Part shown: piece by piece, positions 19,680 to 29,683 of the stretch
Layout: every line of letters begins with the position of its first letter
Numbering within the stretch: the first letter of the stretch is position 1
Assembly (NCBI GenBank): GCA_963822965.1
Contig: CAWGJT010000012.1
Location: 256,001 to 320,000 of the forward strand
DNA length: 64,000 nucleotides
Direction of reading: 5' to 3'
Source of the DNA: an uncultured delta proteobacterium
Lineage (GTDB): Bacteria > Myxococcota_A > UBA9160 > UBA4427
Translations under genes and position numbers: made by a program
The notes under the pieces: generated by a model
The model's database searches: none
What the model was told of the DNA's origin: nothing
The model's input: only the letters and a program-made list of their open reading frames with translations

Positions 19680-19937
19680 ATGAGCCGCAGGCTGCTGACC
19701 ATCTTCACGATCGCCGCCATGAGCCTGTCCGCTACCGCACTGGGTTGCCGCGACGAAGGGGCCGCGGAACGCCTGGGCAAGGCCGTGGACGACGCCACGA
19801 GCGACATGGCCGACGCCGCCCAGGAGGCCGCAAACGACGCCCGGGAGGCCGCCAACGACGCCGGCCGCGCCATCAAGCGCGGGGCCGACGACGCCCGGGA
19901 CGCGGCCCACGACGCCGTGGACGACGCGCTGGATTGA
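19680..19937 (+). CDS. small helical lipoprotein
   Basis: Lipobox ALGC followed by EGAAERLGKAVDDA and Ala/Asp-rich repeats. Confidence 0.8.
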   Translation: MSRRLLTIFTIAAMSLSATALGCRDEGAAERLGKAVDDATSDMADAAQEAANDAREAANDAGRAIKRGADDARDAAHDAVDDALD

Positions 19938-19991
19938 TCCGGAGCGGGGCTGCGGCGGAGTCCGTTCGGGAGGGCACGCCCGAACGCCTCG

Positions 19992-21065
19992 TCACGGCTC
20001 CGGGAAGCTCGGCATCACCTCGTCCACGAGCAGGCGAAGGGATCGCTCCCAGTCCGCCTGCTCGCTGCTGAAGTCGTACATCATCACGAGCATCCCGCCG
20101 AAGCCGCCGGTATCGGCCTGCAGCTTCTCGATCTTCGCGGTGACGGTCTCCGGCGACCCCACGAACCAGGCGTTGTCGATCAGGAAGTCGACGGTGATCT
20201 TGGAGTCCGGCATCGCCGGATCGGTCTTGAAGTGCGGACCCATGCCGTTGCCCAGGTAGAAGGGCAGCAGATACTCCCGCCAGCAACGCCCCATGGCGCC
20301 GTCTCGGGCGAGCTCGCGGGCCCTGGCGTCCGTCTCCGCCACGTAGACCTCGCGCGTGAGTCGCCACTCCCGCCGATCGGGCACGCGACCGCTGCGGGCG
20401 GCCCCCTCCTGGACCGACGCCCAGTGCGAGGCGGTGTGCGCGGGATTCAGCGAGATGCTGAGGGGCAGGAAGCCGCGCTCGCCCGCGAGCTTCAGGGTCT
20501 CGGAGCCGGGAGACAATCCCGCGATGCCGATGGGCGGGTGCGGCTTCTGGAACGGCTCCAGGTGGTAGCCCAAGAAGTCGAAGTCGGTCTCCGGTGAGCC
20601 CATGGACCAGAACTCGCCCCGGTAGTCGCGCGGCCCCCCCTGCCAGATCTGCAGCATGATCTCGAGCGCCTCGGCAGTCATCCGGCGGTTCTCGCCGGAC
20701 GCGGCGTCCACGCCGAAGAGCAGCTGATCGCTCGGCAGCGCGCCGATGCCCACGCCCAGCATGTACCGCCCCTGGGCGATGTGATCGAGGAAGGCCACCC
20801 GGTGCGCCAGCTCCACGGGGTGGTGGTAGGGCAGCAGGTGCGCACCCGGGGCGAGCACGATCTGCTCCGTGCGCATCAGCGCCTGGGCGATGAGGAGATC
20901 CGGCGCCGGATTCGGCTCCCAGCGGGCGGTGTAGTGCTCGCCGATCCAGGCCTCGCGGAAGCCCAGGCGGTCGAGCAGCTGCAGCTGCTCCAGGTCCCAG
21001 CGATAGCCGTCGATCAGGCTGCGCTCGGGAGGGTGGGACGGCATCACGAACGCACCGAGCTTCAC
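19992..21065 (-). CDS. LLM-class flavin-dependent monooxygenase (luciferase-like)
   Basis: MKLGAFVMPSHP, EAWIGEH, LLPYHHP, PFQKPHPPI, FVGSPETV; AGGAG RBS. Confidence 0.92.
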   Translation of the reverse strand: MKLGAFVMPSHPPERSLIDGYRWDLEQLQLLDRLGFREAWIGEHYTARWEPNPAPDLLIAQALMRTEQIVLAPGAHLLPYHHPVELAHRVAFLDHIAQGRYMLGVGIGALPSDQLLFGVDAASGENRRMTAEALEIMLQIWQGGPRDYRGEFWSMGSPETDFDFLGYHLEPFQKPHPPIGIAGLSPGSETLKLAGERGFLPLSISLNPAHTASHWASVQEGAARSGRVPDRREWRLTREVYVAETDARARELARDGAMGRCWREYLLPFYLGNGMGPHFKTDPAMPDSKITVDFLIDNAWFVGSPETVTAKIEKLQADTGGFGGMLVMMYDFSSEQADWERSLRLLVDEVMPSFPEP

Positions 21066-21277
21066 GACGGCTCTCCTGCGGGTTCGAGACGGATTCTAGG
21101 GACCCGATGCCGATGCTGCGGGGCCCGGGCCGCGCCGACCGGGGCGTCCCCTCGCCCTCTCCTCTCTCCACCGAACGGCATTCAATCCGCCACGACGTCC
21201 GGCCGATGCAGGCCACGGCGTACCCGCAGCCGCCTCCTCCCCGCGGGCGGCGCCGTTCGGATCGAAAGGACGTCCGC

Positions 21278-22039
21278 ATGACACAGAATCGAGCGCGCGG
21301 TTGGGGCTCGGCCTTCGCGCTGGGAGGGCTCGCGGCGCTGGTGGCCTGCGCGACCACCGCCACCCCGCCGGCCCCGGGACGCAGCACCGCCTGGGGATAC
21401 CTGAAGCTCGTCCCCCACGAGGGGCTCGAGTCCAGCGGCGGCGGCGGCGCCTACGGCGATCGCCGCATGCGCGACGTCCGCCTCGTCGACTACTCGCGGC
21501 CCGGCTTCGCGGTCGTCTACCTGGAGGGCGCCGCTGAAGGCGGGCCGGACGCACCGGGCGACGCGGCGGCGAACGACGCCCGACTGACGATCCGACCGGG
21601 TGTGATCGCCGCGAGGCTCGAGCCCGCCCACCTCGCCCTCGCCGCCGGCGGATCGGTCCGGGTCTCGAACGCCAGCGACTCCGCGCGACTCCTCTCGTGT
21701 CCCGAGGTCGGCCTGGTGCGCAGCCTCGCCCCCGGCGACGTCGCGACGGTCGCCCTTCCCCACGCCGGCGCGTACGCGTTCTTCCTGCTGGACGTCCCCG
21801 GCGCCAGCAGCACCGTGTTCGCCGCGCCCGGCGCCTTCTCCGTGGTCTCGGACTCGGGTCGCTTCGAGCTGGCGAACGTCGCGCCCGGTCGACGTCAGCT
21901 GCACGCGTGGCATCCGCGCCTGCCGCCGGCTTCGCATTGGATCGACCTCGCCCCGGGCCAGGTCCAGCGACTGGATCTCGAGATGGGCGTGGGCCGGGGC
22001 GACGACACGGAAGACGGCGGGGTCGCCCATGAACACTAG
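21278..22039 (+). CDS. lipoprotein with cupredoxin-like and carboxypeptidase-regulatory-like beta domains
   Basis: Lipobox LVAC; AVVYLEG...GGSVRVSN...SDSGRFELANVAPGRRQLHAWHPRLP. Paralogous to 23377..24027. Confidence 0.7.
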   Translation: MTQNRARGWGSAFALGGLAALVACATTATPPAPGRSTAWGYLKLVPHEGLESSGGGGAYGDRRMRDVRLVDYSRPGFAVVYLEGAAEGGPDAPGDAAANDARLTIRPGVIAARLEPAHLALAAGGSVRVSNASDSARLLSCPEVGLVRSLAPGDVATVALPHAGAYAFFLLDVPGASSTVFAAPGAFSVVSDSGRFELANVAPGRRQLHAWHPRLPPASHWIDLAPGQVQRLDLEMGVGRGDDTEDGGVAHEH

Positions 22040-23363
22040 CCGGCTTCGAAGGACCCTGATCGCGGCCGCCGCCGGCCTCCTCCTGGGAACGGCGGTCCGG
22101 GCCGACGACCCGCCGACGGACGACCGCGTGGAAGCGCTCGAACGACGGGTCGAGGAGCTCGAGGCCGCGAAGGAGGCGCCGGCGACCGCCACGTCCGGGT
22201 TGGCGGAGTGGACGCGCCGCGTGCGGCTCAGCGGCAGCGCGAACACGGGCTGGTACGGAGGTCAACAGGACAGCGTCTTTCACGAGGACAACTTCCAGGT
22301 GTGGGACGCGCGCTTCTTCGTCGACGCCGAGCTGGGCGAGAGCGTCGGAATCGCCGACACCACGGTGATCCGGAACGTAGGCTTCAGCTTCGAATGGGAT
22401 CTCGTCCGCCTGGGCAACCTGTCGAACCGGGTCGGTGAGCTCTACACCGACTTCCAGGGGCTCGGGGGCTCCACCTGGGCGAGCGCCCAGGTGGGCCGCT
22501 TCCAGATTCCCGTGAGCGAGAACTACCTGCGCTTCAGCAAGGGCTACCGCAACAACCCGTTCATCACGAACACCGTCGGCGGCCCCTGGTACTGGGACGA
22601 GGGCGTCCGTTTCTACGGCGCCGATCCGCACGATCGCTTCGGCTACGTGGCCTCGATCGCCGACGGCGAGACGGCCTTCAACACGGACCGGAACGCGGAC
22701 TATCAGTACACCTTGAAGGTCTTCGCGAATCCCACCGACTGGCTGCACCTCTCCGTGAGCGGCGTGTATACCGGCAAGCTCGGCTCGAAGGACGATGCCG
22801 GCCAGGGCGCCCTGTGGCTGGGCGAAGCCTGGGCCCGCGCCTTCGGGAGCAGTACGACGGTCGACAGCTACGACCACGGGGTGTTGGTGGCCGATGGTCC
22901 GAACCAGATCGACGAGACGCACCTGATCGGCGCGGACGCCGTCGTCACCCTGCCCGACCAGCTACGCCTGTGGCTCGCCTACGGCACCTACTCGATCGAT
23001 CAGGACGGAGGGACCTACGACCGTCGCCTGCACTACTGGATCGCGGAGCTCCTCCTCTACGGCGGCCTCGTGACCCCCGAGCTGGCCGACGTGTACGTCG
23101 GCTTCCGCGCCAACGGCCTCGGCACCTACGACTCGAACGAAGGCTACCTGCTGGACTTCCGCTATCGCGGCAGCCTCGGCTACAACATGGAGTCCATGAA
23201 CGCGTACTCCGCCGTGGTCGGCTGGAAGATGCTGCGCTACGTGACGGTCCGCGCCGAGTACTCCCACATGGACATCGACCTGGTGCGGGGCGTCCCCGCC
23301 TCGATCCGGCACCAGGCCGACGACGCCGACTCCTGGGGCGTCGAAGTCGGGATCTCCTTCTGA
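22029..23363 (+). CDS. outer-membrane beta-barrel (porin-like) protein
   Basis: Signal peptide, short coiled coil (VEALERRVEELEA), amphipathic strands (AQVGRFQIP, VTVRAEYSH), C-terminal WGVEVGISF with terminal Phe. Confidence 0.8.
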   Translation: MNTSRLRRTLIAAAAGLLLGTAVRADDPPTDDRVEALERRVEELEAAKEAPATATSGLAEWTRRVRLSGSANTGWYGGQQDSVFHEDNFQVWDARFFVDAELGESVGIADTTVIRNVGFSFEWDLVRLGNLSNRVGELYTDFQGLGGSTWASAQVGRFQIPVSENYLRFSKGYRNNPFITNTVGGPWYWDEGVRFYGADPHDRFGYVASIADGETAFNTDRNADYQYTLKVFANPTDWLHLSVSGVYTGKLGSKDDAGQGALWLGEAWARAFGSSTTVDSYDHGVLVADGPNQIDETHLIGADAVVTLPDQLRLWLAYGTYSIDQDGGTYDRRLHYWIAELLLYGGLVTPELADVYVGFRANGLGTYDSNEGYLLDFRYRGSLGYNMESMNAYSAVVGWKMLRYVTVRAEYSHMDIDLVRGVPASIRHQADDADSWGVEVGISF

Positions 23364-23376
23364 TGAGACGATCCCG

Positions 23377-24027
23377 ATGACGACACGCTCCCGATGGATG
23401 CGACGCGTGCTGCGAGCGGGCGCGCTCGCGATCGCCCTGTCGACGCTCGCCGCCTCGAACGCCGCGGCGGACGGCGAGGGCTCCGTCGAGGGCCGGGTGA
23501 GCCTCCCGCTGGAGGGCACGAGCCTCTCCACCATCGGACCGGTGGTGGTGTACCTCGAGGCCATCGACGCGCCGGCCGCCTCGGGGCCGCCGCGGCGCCC
23601 GGTGCAGGTGGCCCAGAAGAACGCGACCTTCTCCCCCAGCTTCGCCGTGGTCTCGGTCGGCCAGGTCGTCGAGATGCCGAATGCCGACGCGATCTACCAC
23701 AACGTCTTCTCGTACTCGCGGCCGAACGACTTCGACCTCGGCATCTACCCCTCGGGCGAGTCCCGCTCGGTGACCTTCCGGGTCCCCGGCGTCGTGAAGG
23801 TCTACTGCTCGATCCACGAGAGCATGAACGCGACGATCGTGGTGGTGCCGACCCGGCACTTCGCGGTGGCCGGTGCCACGGGACGCTTCTCGCTGAAGGG
23901 CGTGCCCCCGGGCCGCTATCGGCTGCGAACGTTCTGCGAGCGGCTGCCGGACACCGTGCAGGAGATCGTCGTGGCTTCCGGCCAGAAGCTGGGGGTCGAC
24001 GTCCCGCTCACCCCGGGCGCGGGCTGA
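23377..24027 (+). CDS. exported cupredoxin-like protein ('methylamine utilization protein'-type) with carboxypeptidase-regulatory-like domain
   Basis: QKNATFSP, NADAIYHNVFS, FDLGIY, GVVKVYCSIHESMNA (His/Cys/His/Met type-1 Cu ligands), GRFSLKGVPPGRY. Confidence 0.82.
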   Translation: MTTRSRWMRRVLRAGALAIALSTLAASNAAADGEGSVEGRVSLPLEGTSLSTIGPVVVYLEAIDAPAASGPPRRPVQVAQKNATFSPSFAVVSVGQVVEMPNADAIYHNVFSYSRPNDFDLGIYPSGESRSVTFRVPGVVKVYCSIHESMNATIVVVPTRHFAVAGATGRFSLKGVPPGRYRLRTFCERLPDTVQEIVVASGQKLGVDVPLTPGAG

Positions 24028-26683
24028 GTCGCTCTCCCGCGCCGCCGAAGAGGTGCTCGGCGGCGGTCTCCGCGGGCGCCGGCCGGCCGAAGTAGAAGCC
24101 CTGGATCTCGTCGCACCCCCAGCTGGCGAGCAACGCCAGCTGCTCGGCGGTCTCGACGCCTTCGGCGATCACGTGGAGGCGTAGCGCGTGCGCCATCGCG
24201 ACGATCGAGGCCACGAGCGCCGCGTCGTCGGCGTTGCTCGCGATCTCCGTGATGAACGAGCGGTCGATCTTCAGCGCGTCCACGGGCAGCCGACGCAGAT
24301 AGGCGAAGGACGAGTAGCCCGTGCCGAAGTCGTCGACGTGGATGCGAAGTCCCCTGCTCCGCAGCGCCTCGAGATCCTGGATCGCGGAGGATTCGTCGTG
24401 CATCAGGGTGCTCTCGGTGATCTCGAGCTGCAGCAGATCGGGCTCCGCGCCGCTCTGCTCGAGGACGTCGAGGATCCGCCGCGTGAGGTCGCCGCGCCGG
24501 AACTGCTTCACCGAGAGGTTGACGGAGATCGGCACCGCCCGACCCGCTTCGCGCCAGACCACGGCCTGGCGGCAGGCCTCCCGCAGCACCCAGTCGCCCA
24601 GGGGTGCGATCAAGCCGGTCTCTTCGGCGATGGGAATGAACACCCCGGGTGGAATCAGGCCCGCGTCGGGATCTCGCCAGCGAACGAGCGCCTCGAAGCC
24701 CACGACCCGCCCGGAGGCGGTCTCCACCTTCGGCTGGTAGTGCAGCTCGAACTCCTCGTGCTCGAGCGCGCGCCGCAGGTTGTTCTCGAGGATGAGGCGG
24801 CGCATGGCCACCTCGTTCATCGATTCGGCGTAGAACTGGTAGTTGTTCCGGCCCTGGTCCTTGGCGTGATACATGGCCGCGTCCGCGTTCCGCAGCAGGG
24901 TGTCGACGTCGTCGCCGTCGAACGGATAGGCGGTGATCCCGATGCTGCCGGTGATCACCACCTCGTGGCCGTCGAGGGTGAAGGGTCGCGCCAGGGAGGC
25001 CAGGATGCGGCGGGCCACCTTGGCGAGGTCGTGCACCTCGTTCACGGCGATCAGCGCCGTGAACTCGTCGCCCCCGAGCCGAGAGATGCAGTCGGACAGG
25101 TCGCCCCGGGTGACGAAGTCCGAGTCGCGCACGCTCGCCACCAGCCGATCCGCCACGTCCTTCAGCAGCTCGTCGCCCTGGGACTGGCCCAGGGTGTCGT
25201 TGATGCGCTTGAAGCGGTCGAGGTCGAGGAAGATCACGCCGAGAACCAGCCCGTTGCGCCGGGCCTGGGCGATCTGGATCGCGAGCCGCTCCTTGCACAG
25301 CAGGCGGTTGCCGAGACCCGTCAGGCTGTCGTGGTAGGCGAGGTAGCGGATCTGCTCCTCGGAACGCTTGCGATCGGTGACGTCCTGGATCGTTCCCTCG
25401 AGGTGTCCCGGCGCGCCGCCCTCGCCGGGGCGAACGCGCGCCTGCAGATGGAGGATGCGATCCGGCGTGTCGCGCAGGCTGATCCGGCAGTCGAGGCGCG
25501 CCGTCGAGCGTTCCGCGATGCAGGTCTCGAGGGCGTGCTGGAGGTCTTCGCGGTCGTCCGGGTGGATCGCCGCGAGCGCCGCGCGGGAGTCGACGGCCTT
25601 GTCGCCGCTCTGCAGCCCGAACATCGCCCGGAACTCCCGCGAGCTCTGGAGCTGTCCCGTCGCCAGGTCGATTCGCCAGCTGCCGATCTGGGCGAGCTTC
25701 TGGGCGCTCGCCAGCTGCTCCTCGCTCTCGCGCAGCATCGCCACGCTGTCCGCCAGCTCCCCATGCTGCTCCTCCACCTGACGCCGGTAGTCGGAGAGGC
25801 GCTCGAGCATGCCGTCGAAGGCGCGGGCCACGTCGCCGATCTCGTCGCCGCGCCGACTCTCGAGACGGGTCTCGAAGTCTCCCTCGCCGATGCGTTCCGT
25901 CGCATGCTGGATCTGCAGGATGGGGCGCACGACGCCCCGGGAGACGAGGAAGCTCACCACGAGCGCCAGCCCCAGGGCGAGGGCGCCGCCGACGAGCAGG
26001 TTGTGGCGCGAGTGGGCCAGGGCGTCGCGCTCTGCGGCGAGTGAGATGGACACGCGTAGGTCCACGTCCCCGTAGTGGCCGACCACGCGATCGACCGAGT
26101 CCTTCGACGCCGCGTCCGGCGGCACGAACTCGACGTTCGCACCCGTGAGCTCGGACCATCGCGCCGTGAGCTCGGCGGGGATCGGCTCCAGGGCCAGCAG
26201 GCGCCCGACCAGCTCGCCGTCGGTACGCAGCGGAACCGAGACCACCGCGCCCACGGATCCGCCCTCGCCGACGAGGGCCGCGTCGCCGACGGCCATCACG
26301 TCGGCGGTGAGGAGCTCCTCCCCGGCCGCGGCCTTTGGGCGCCCGTCGCGATCCAGGAAGGCCACGAGGCTGGCGCCGCTCTTCTCGGCGAGATGCGCGG
26401 CGTGGAAGCGCAGGGTCGGACCGTCGCCCAGCTCGAGGGTCGCCCGGAACTGCGGCGTCCCCGAGATCGCCCGGTAGCGCTCCCGGACCGAGTCGAGGTG
26501 GCTCTGGACGAGCATCTCCGCGGCGCGGGCCGCGGAGTCGGCGCGAGCCTGGGCACCGCGGTGCAGGTCGCCGGAGAGCGCCCGGTCCTGCACCACCAGG
26601 GCGAGCACCGTCGAAAAGGCGGCCATCCCGGACAGGGTCAGGAGCAGGCGAGCGGTGAGCTTGACGCGATAGGCGCGACGCAA
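24008..26683 (-). CDS. membrane HAMP-PAS-GGDEF-EAL diguanylate cyclase/phosphodiesterase
   Basis: Two TM segments, HAMP (GDEIGDVARAFDGM), PAS, LAYHDSLTGLGNR, RLGGDEF, GFEALVRW, DDFGTGYSS, AEGVET. Confidence 0.95.
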   Translation of the reverse strand: MRRAYRVKLTARLLLTLSGMAAFSTVLALVVQDRALSGDLHRGAQARADSAARAAEMLVQSHLDSVRERYRAISGTPQFRATLELGDGPTLRFHAAHLAEKSGASLVAFLDRDGRPKAAAGEELLTADVMAVGDAALVGEGGSVGAVVSVPLRTDGELVGRLLALEPIPAELTARWSELTGANVEFVPPDAASKDSVDRVVGHYGDVDLRVSISLAAERDALAHSRHNLLVGGALALGLALVVSFLVSRGVVRPILQIQHATERIGEGDFETRLESRRGDEIGDVARAFDGMLERLSDYRRQVEEQHGELADSVAMLRESEEQLASAQKLAQIGSWRIDLATGQLQSSREFRAMFGLQSGDKAVDSRAALAAIHPDDREDLQHALETCIAERSTARLDCRISLRDTPDRILHLQARVRPGEGGAPGHLEGTIQDVTDRKRSEEQIRYLAYHDSLTGLGNRLLCKERLAIQIAQARRNGLVLGVIFLDLDRFKRINDTLGQSQGDELLKDVADRLVASVRDSDFVTRGDLSDCISRLGGDEFTALIAVNEVHDLAKVARRILASLARPFTLDGHEVVITGSIGITAYPFDGDDVDTLLRNADAAMYHAKDQGRNNYQFYAESMNEVAMRRLILENNLRRALEHEEFELHYQPKVETASGRVVGFEALVRWRDPDAGLIPPGVFIPIAEETGLIAPLGDWVLREACRQAVVWREAGRAVPISVNLSVKQFRRGDLTRRILDVLEQSGAEPDLLQLEITESTLMHDESSAIQDLEALRSRGLRIHVDDFGTGYSSFAYLRRLPVDALKIDRSFITEIASNADDAALVASIVAMAHALRLHVIAEGVETAEQLALLASWGCDEIQGFYFGRPAPAETAAEHLFGGAGERLSPRPG

Positions 26684-26764
26684 TCCCGAGGCTCCCCTAA
26701 GCCCTTGCCATGATTCCGTTTTCGGTCGGCGGGGCGGAGCGCTTGAGGCGGCCTCCCCCAGGCG

Positions 26765-28105
26765 TCAGGCCGGCTCGGCGAGCAGGCGGTCGAGGCCCCG
26801 GCGGATGGCGCCCAGCAGCAGGTCGATCTCGCCTCGGGAGATCACCAGGGGCGGCGAGACGGCGAGGGCGCCCCGCATGCTGCGGACGACCGCCCCCTCC
26901 TCGCGGATGAGCGCGCCCGCCCGGGCGCAGCGCCGGGCGAGATCGGCCGGATCCTCTCCCGGCACCCCCCGCAGCTCGAGGGCCCCGATGGCGCGCAGGG
27001 CCCGCACCTCGACCACCGCAGGGTGCTCGCCGAGCGCCTGCAGCCCCGTCTCGAGGCGAGGGCCCACCTCGTCCCGCACGTGCGCCAGCAGCCCGCGTTC
27101 CTCGATCTCCTCGAGGTTGGCCAGGGCGGCGGCCGCCGCCACCGGGTGCCCGCTGTAGGTGTGTCCGTGGGCGAAGGTGCCACCTTCGCGCAGGGTGTCG
27201 GCCACCTCGTCGCTCATCATCGTGGCGCCGAGGGGCACGTAGCCGCTCGTGATGCCCTTGGCGAGGGTCATGAGGTCGGGCTCGAGCCCGTAGAGCTCGC
27301 TCGCGAACCACGCGCCCAAGCGACCGAAGCCGGTGATGACCTCGTCCGCGACGAAGAGGATGTCGTGCTCCCGCGCCAGCGATCGCAGATCGGCGAGGTA
27401 GCCGTCCGGCGGGACGATGACGCCCCCCGCCCCCTGCAGCGGCTCGACGAAGATCGCGCCGATCGTCGCGGGATCCTCGCGCCGGATGAGCGCCCGGGTC
27501 TCGTCGATGCACCAACGACCGAAGGCCGCGGGATCGAGATCGCTCCCGGCGCCGTGGGGCCAGGGCGCCGGCGCGTGCAGGAAGCCGGGCAACGGAAGAC
27601 CGAAGGGAAGCTGGCAGGACGCGAGCCCGGTCATGCTGGCCGTCGCCAGGGTGACCCCGTGGTACGACAGCTCGCGGGTCACGATCTTCGTGCGGCCCGG
27701 CCGACCCCGCAGCGTGTGGAATCGACGGATGATCTTGAGGGCGGTCTCGTTCGCTTCGGAGCCCGAGCCGGAGAAGATCGTGGTGGACAGGGGCGCGGGC
27801 GCGAGCCCGGCGAGACGCTCGGCGAGCCGAATCGTCGGCTCGGTGGTGCTGTTGAAGAACGAGGGGTAGAACGGAAGCCGCCGCATCTGCTCGCTGGCGG
27901 CACGGACGATTCGCTCGCAGCCGTAGCCCACGTTCACGCACCACAGACCGGCCAGGCCGTCCAGCAGGCGCCGGCCGTGGTCGTCGGTCACCCAGACCCC
28001 GTCGCCCGCCACCAGGACGTGGGTTCCCTCTTCGCCGAGGGTCGCGTGGTCCGTGTAGGGATGGAGATGGTGACGCAGGTCCGTCTGGCGCAGCGAGTCG
28101 CTCAC
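26765..28105 (-). CDS. class III aminotransferase (putrescine/omega-amino acid transaminase-like)
   Basis: HHLHPY, GLAGLWCVNVGYG, SGSEANE, FVEPLQGAGG, ADEVITGFGR, TLAKGITSGY, HGHTYSGHP. Confidence 0.92.
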   Translation of the reverse strand: MSDSLRQTDLRHHLHPYTDHATLGEEGTHVLVAGDGVWVTDDHGRRLLDGLAGLWCVNVGYGCERIVRAASEQMRRLPFYPSFFNSTTEPTIRLAERLAGLAPAPLSTTIFSGSGSEANETALKIIRRFHTLRGRPGRTKIVTRELSYHGVTLATASMTGLASCQLPFGLPLPGFLHAPAPWPHGAGSDLDPAAFGRWCIDETRALIRREDPATIGAIFVEPLQGAGGVIVPPDGYLADLRSLAREHDILFVADEVITGFGRLGAWFASELYGLEPDLMTLAKGITSGYVPLGATMMSDEVADTLREGGTFAHGHTYSGHPVAAAAALANLEEIEERGLLAHVRDEVGPRLETGLQALGEHPAVVEVRALRAIGALELRGVPGEDPADLARRCARAGALIREEGAVVRSMRGALAVSPPLVISRGEIDLLLGAIRRGLDRLLAEPA

Positions 28106-28401
28106 GAAACGGCTTCGTCCCGCGGACCGTCCCAGCCCGCCGCCGGAATCGTCCGCATGCTGAGCGCGTGGATCTGCGAGCCCATCTCCTCCGCGAGCGC
28201 CGCGTAGACGAGGCGCTGGCACGCGACGGGGGAGAGTCCTTCGAAGCGGGCCGAGACGATGGTGGCGCGGAAGTGCCCGCCTCCGCTGCGAGCGCCCGGG
28301 TGGCCGGCATGCAGGTGGCTCTCGTCGACCACCTCGACGAAGACCGCGTCCAGCGCTTCGCGCAGCTTGCCTTCGATGTGGGCGCGGCGATCGTCCTGCA
28401 C
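28102..28401 (-). CDS. bolA: BolA family protein
   Basis: EVVDESHLHAGHPG...GHFRATIVSARFEG...QRLVYAAL...IHALS. Confidence 0.92.
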   Translation of the reverse strand: MQDDRRAHIEGKLREALDAVFVEVVDESHLHAGHPGARSGGGHFRATIVSARFEGLSPVACQRLVYAALAEEMGSQIHALSMRTIPAAGWDGPRDEAVS

Positions 28402-28442
28402 GTCGTCTCCCGGCTCCGTCTTCGCACCCGGCCCGCGCCGGG

Positions 28443-29603
28443 TCAGTCCTTCGGCAGGCCGAGGATGCGCTCGGCGATGATGTTCTTCTGGATGTTGGGG
28501 GTTCCGCCGCCGATCACCACCTCGGGCCACGACAGCGCGAAGCGCTGCCAATTTCCGTTCTCCGCGGCCGGCGCGGCTCCCTGCCAGAGCGGCGCGGCGC
28601 TCCCCTGGATCTCGAGGGCGAGCTCACCCAGCTCGATCTCGAGCTGGGCGCGGTGCAGCTTGTTGATCGAGGTCTCACTCGAGAGCTTCTCGCCCTTGAG
28701 CTGCCGGGTGAGGAAGCGCATGCCGTTCAGGCGCATGGCTTCGACACGCGTCTCGGCCCGCACCAGGCGCCGCAGGATCTGAGGCTCTTCGATCGCGGGT
28801 CGGCCGTTCTTCATCGAGGTGCGGGCCAGCTCCTTCAGCCGCTGCAGGTTGCGCATCAGCCCGTGAAACTCGGCGATCCCCGAGCGCTCGTGGGCCAGGG
28901 CCGAGATCGTCACCTGCCAGCCCTGCCCTTCCTCGCCCAGACGGTTCTCCACGGGAACGCGCAAGTCGTTGAAGAAGACCTCGGCGAACATGGCCCCGCC
29001 GGCCATGTTCTTGATGGGACGGACCTCGATGCCCGGAGAGCCCATCTCCACCAACAGACAGGTGATTCCGTCGTGCTTGACCTCGACGTCCGTCCGGGTT
29101 CGGACGAGCAGGATCATCCACTTCGACCACATGGCGATGGAGGTCCAGATCTTCTGGCCGTTCACCACGTAGACGTCGCCCTCCCGCACCCCCTTGCACT
29201 GCAGCGAAGCCAGATCGCTGCCGGAGCCCGGCTCCGAATAGCCCGTGCACCACTGGTACTTGCCGTCGAGGATGTCGGGGATGAACTTCTGCTTCTGCTC
29301 CTCGTTCCCGTACTCGATGAGCGACGGTCCCACCCACGCGAGCCCCATGAAGCAGGTACCCAGGGGAGGCGCCTTCCGCCTGGCCATCTCGTCCTTCAGG
29401 ATCACCTGCTCCATCAGGCTGCCGCCGCCGCCGCCCACCTCCTTCGGCCACGAGAAGCCCACCCACCGCTTCTCGCGAACCTTCCGGTTCCAGGTCGCGG
29501 CGAAGTCGGAGCCCCGCCGTCCCTCGGGCGGCAGGTTTTCGTCGAGAAACGCGCGCACCTCCGCGCGAAACGCCTCTTCTTCGGGGGACAGCTTGAAGTC
29601 CAT
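28443..29603 (-). CDS. acyl-CoA dehydrogenase (probable alpha subunit of a heteromeric pair)
   Basis: WCTGYSEPGSGSDLASL, VNGQKIWTS, GEEGQGW, IGGGTPNIQKNIIAERILGLPK. Confidence 0.93.
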   Translation of the reverse strand: MDFKLSPEEEAFRAEVRAFLDENLPPEGRRGSDFAATWNRKVREKRWVGFSWPKEVGGGGGSLMEQVILKDEMARRKAPPLGTCFMGLAWVGPSLIEYGNEEQKQKFIPDILDGKYQWCTGYSEPGSGSDLASLQCKGVREGDVYVVNGQKIWTSIAMWSKWMILLVRTRTDVEVKHDGITCLLVEMGSPGIEVRPIKNMAGGAMFAEVFFNDLRVPVENRLGEEGQGWQVTISALAHERSGIAEFHGLMRNLQRLKELARTSMKNGRPAIEEPQILRRLVRAETRVEAMRLNGMRFLTRQLKGEKLSSETSINKLHRAQLEIELGELALEIQGSAAPLWQGAAPAAENGNWQRFALSWPEVVIGGGTPNIQKNIIAERILGLPKD

Positions 29604-29633
29604 CACAGACCTCCGGGTGTGGCTTTACGATCG

Positions 29634-29683
29634 GCTCTGGAGTCGGGCGATGCGATCAGCTCTGCAGTCGGGCGATGCGATCA
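29634..29683. repeat. 25-bp tandem duplication at a gene 3' end
   Basis: gctctggagtcgggcgatgcgatca followed by gctctgcagtcgggcgatgcgatca. Confidence 0.8.
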
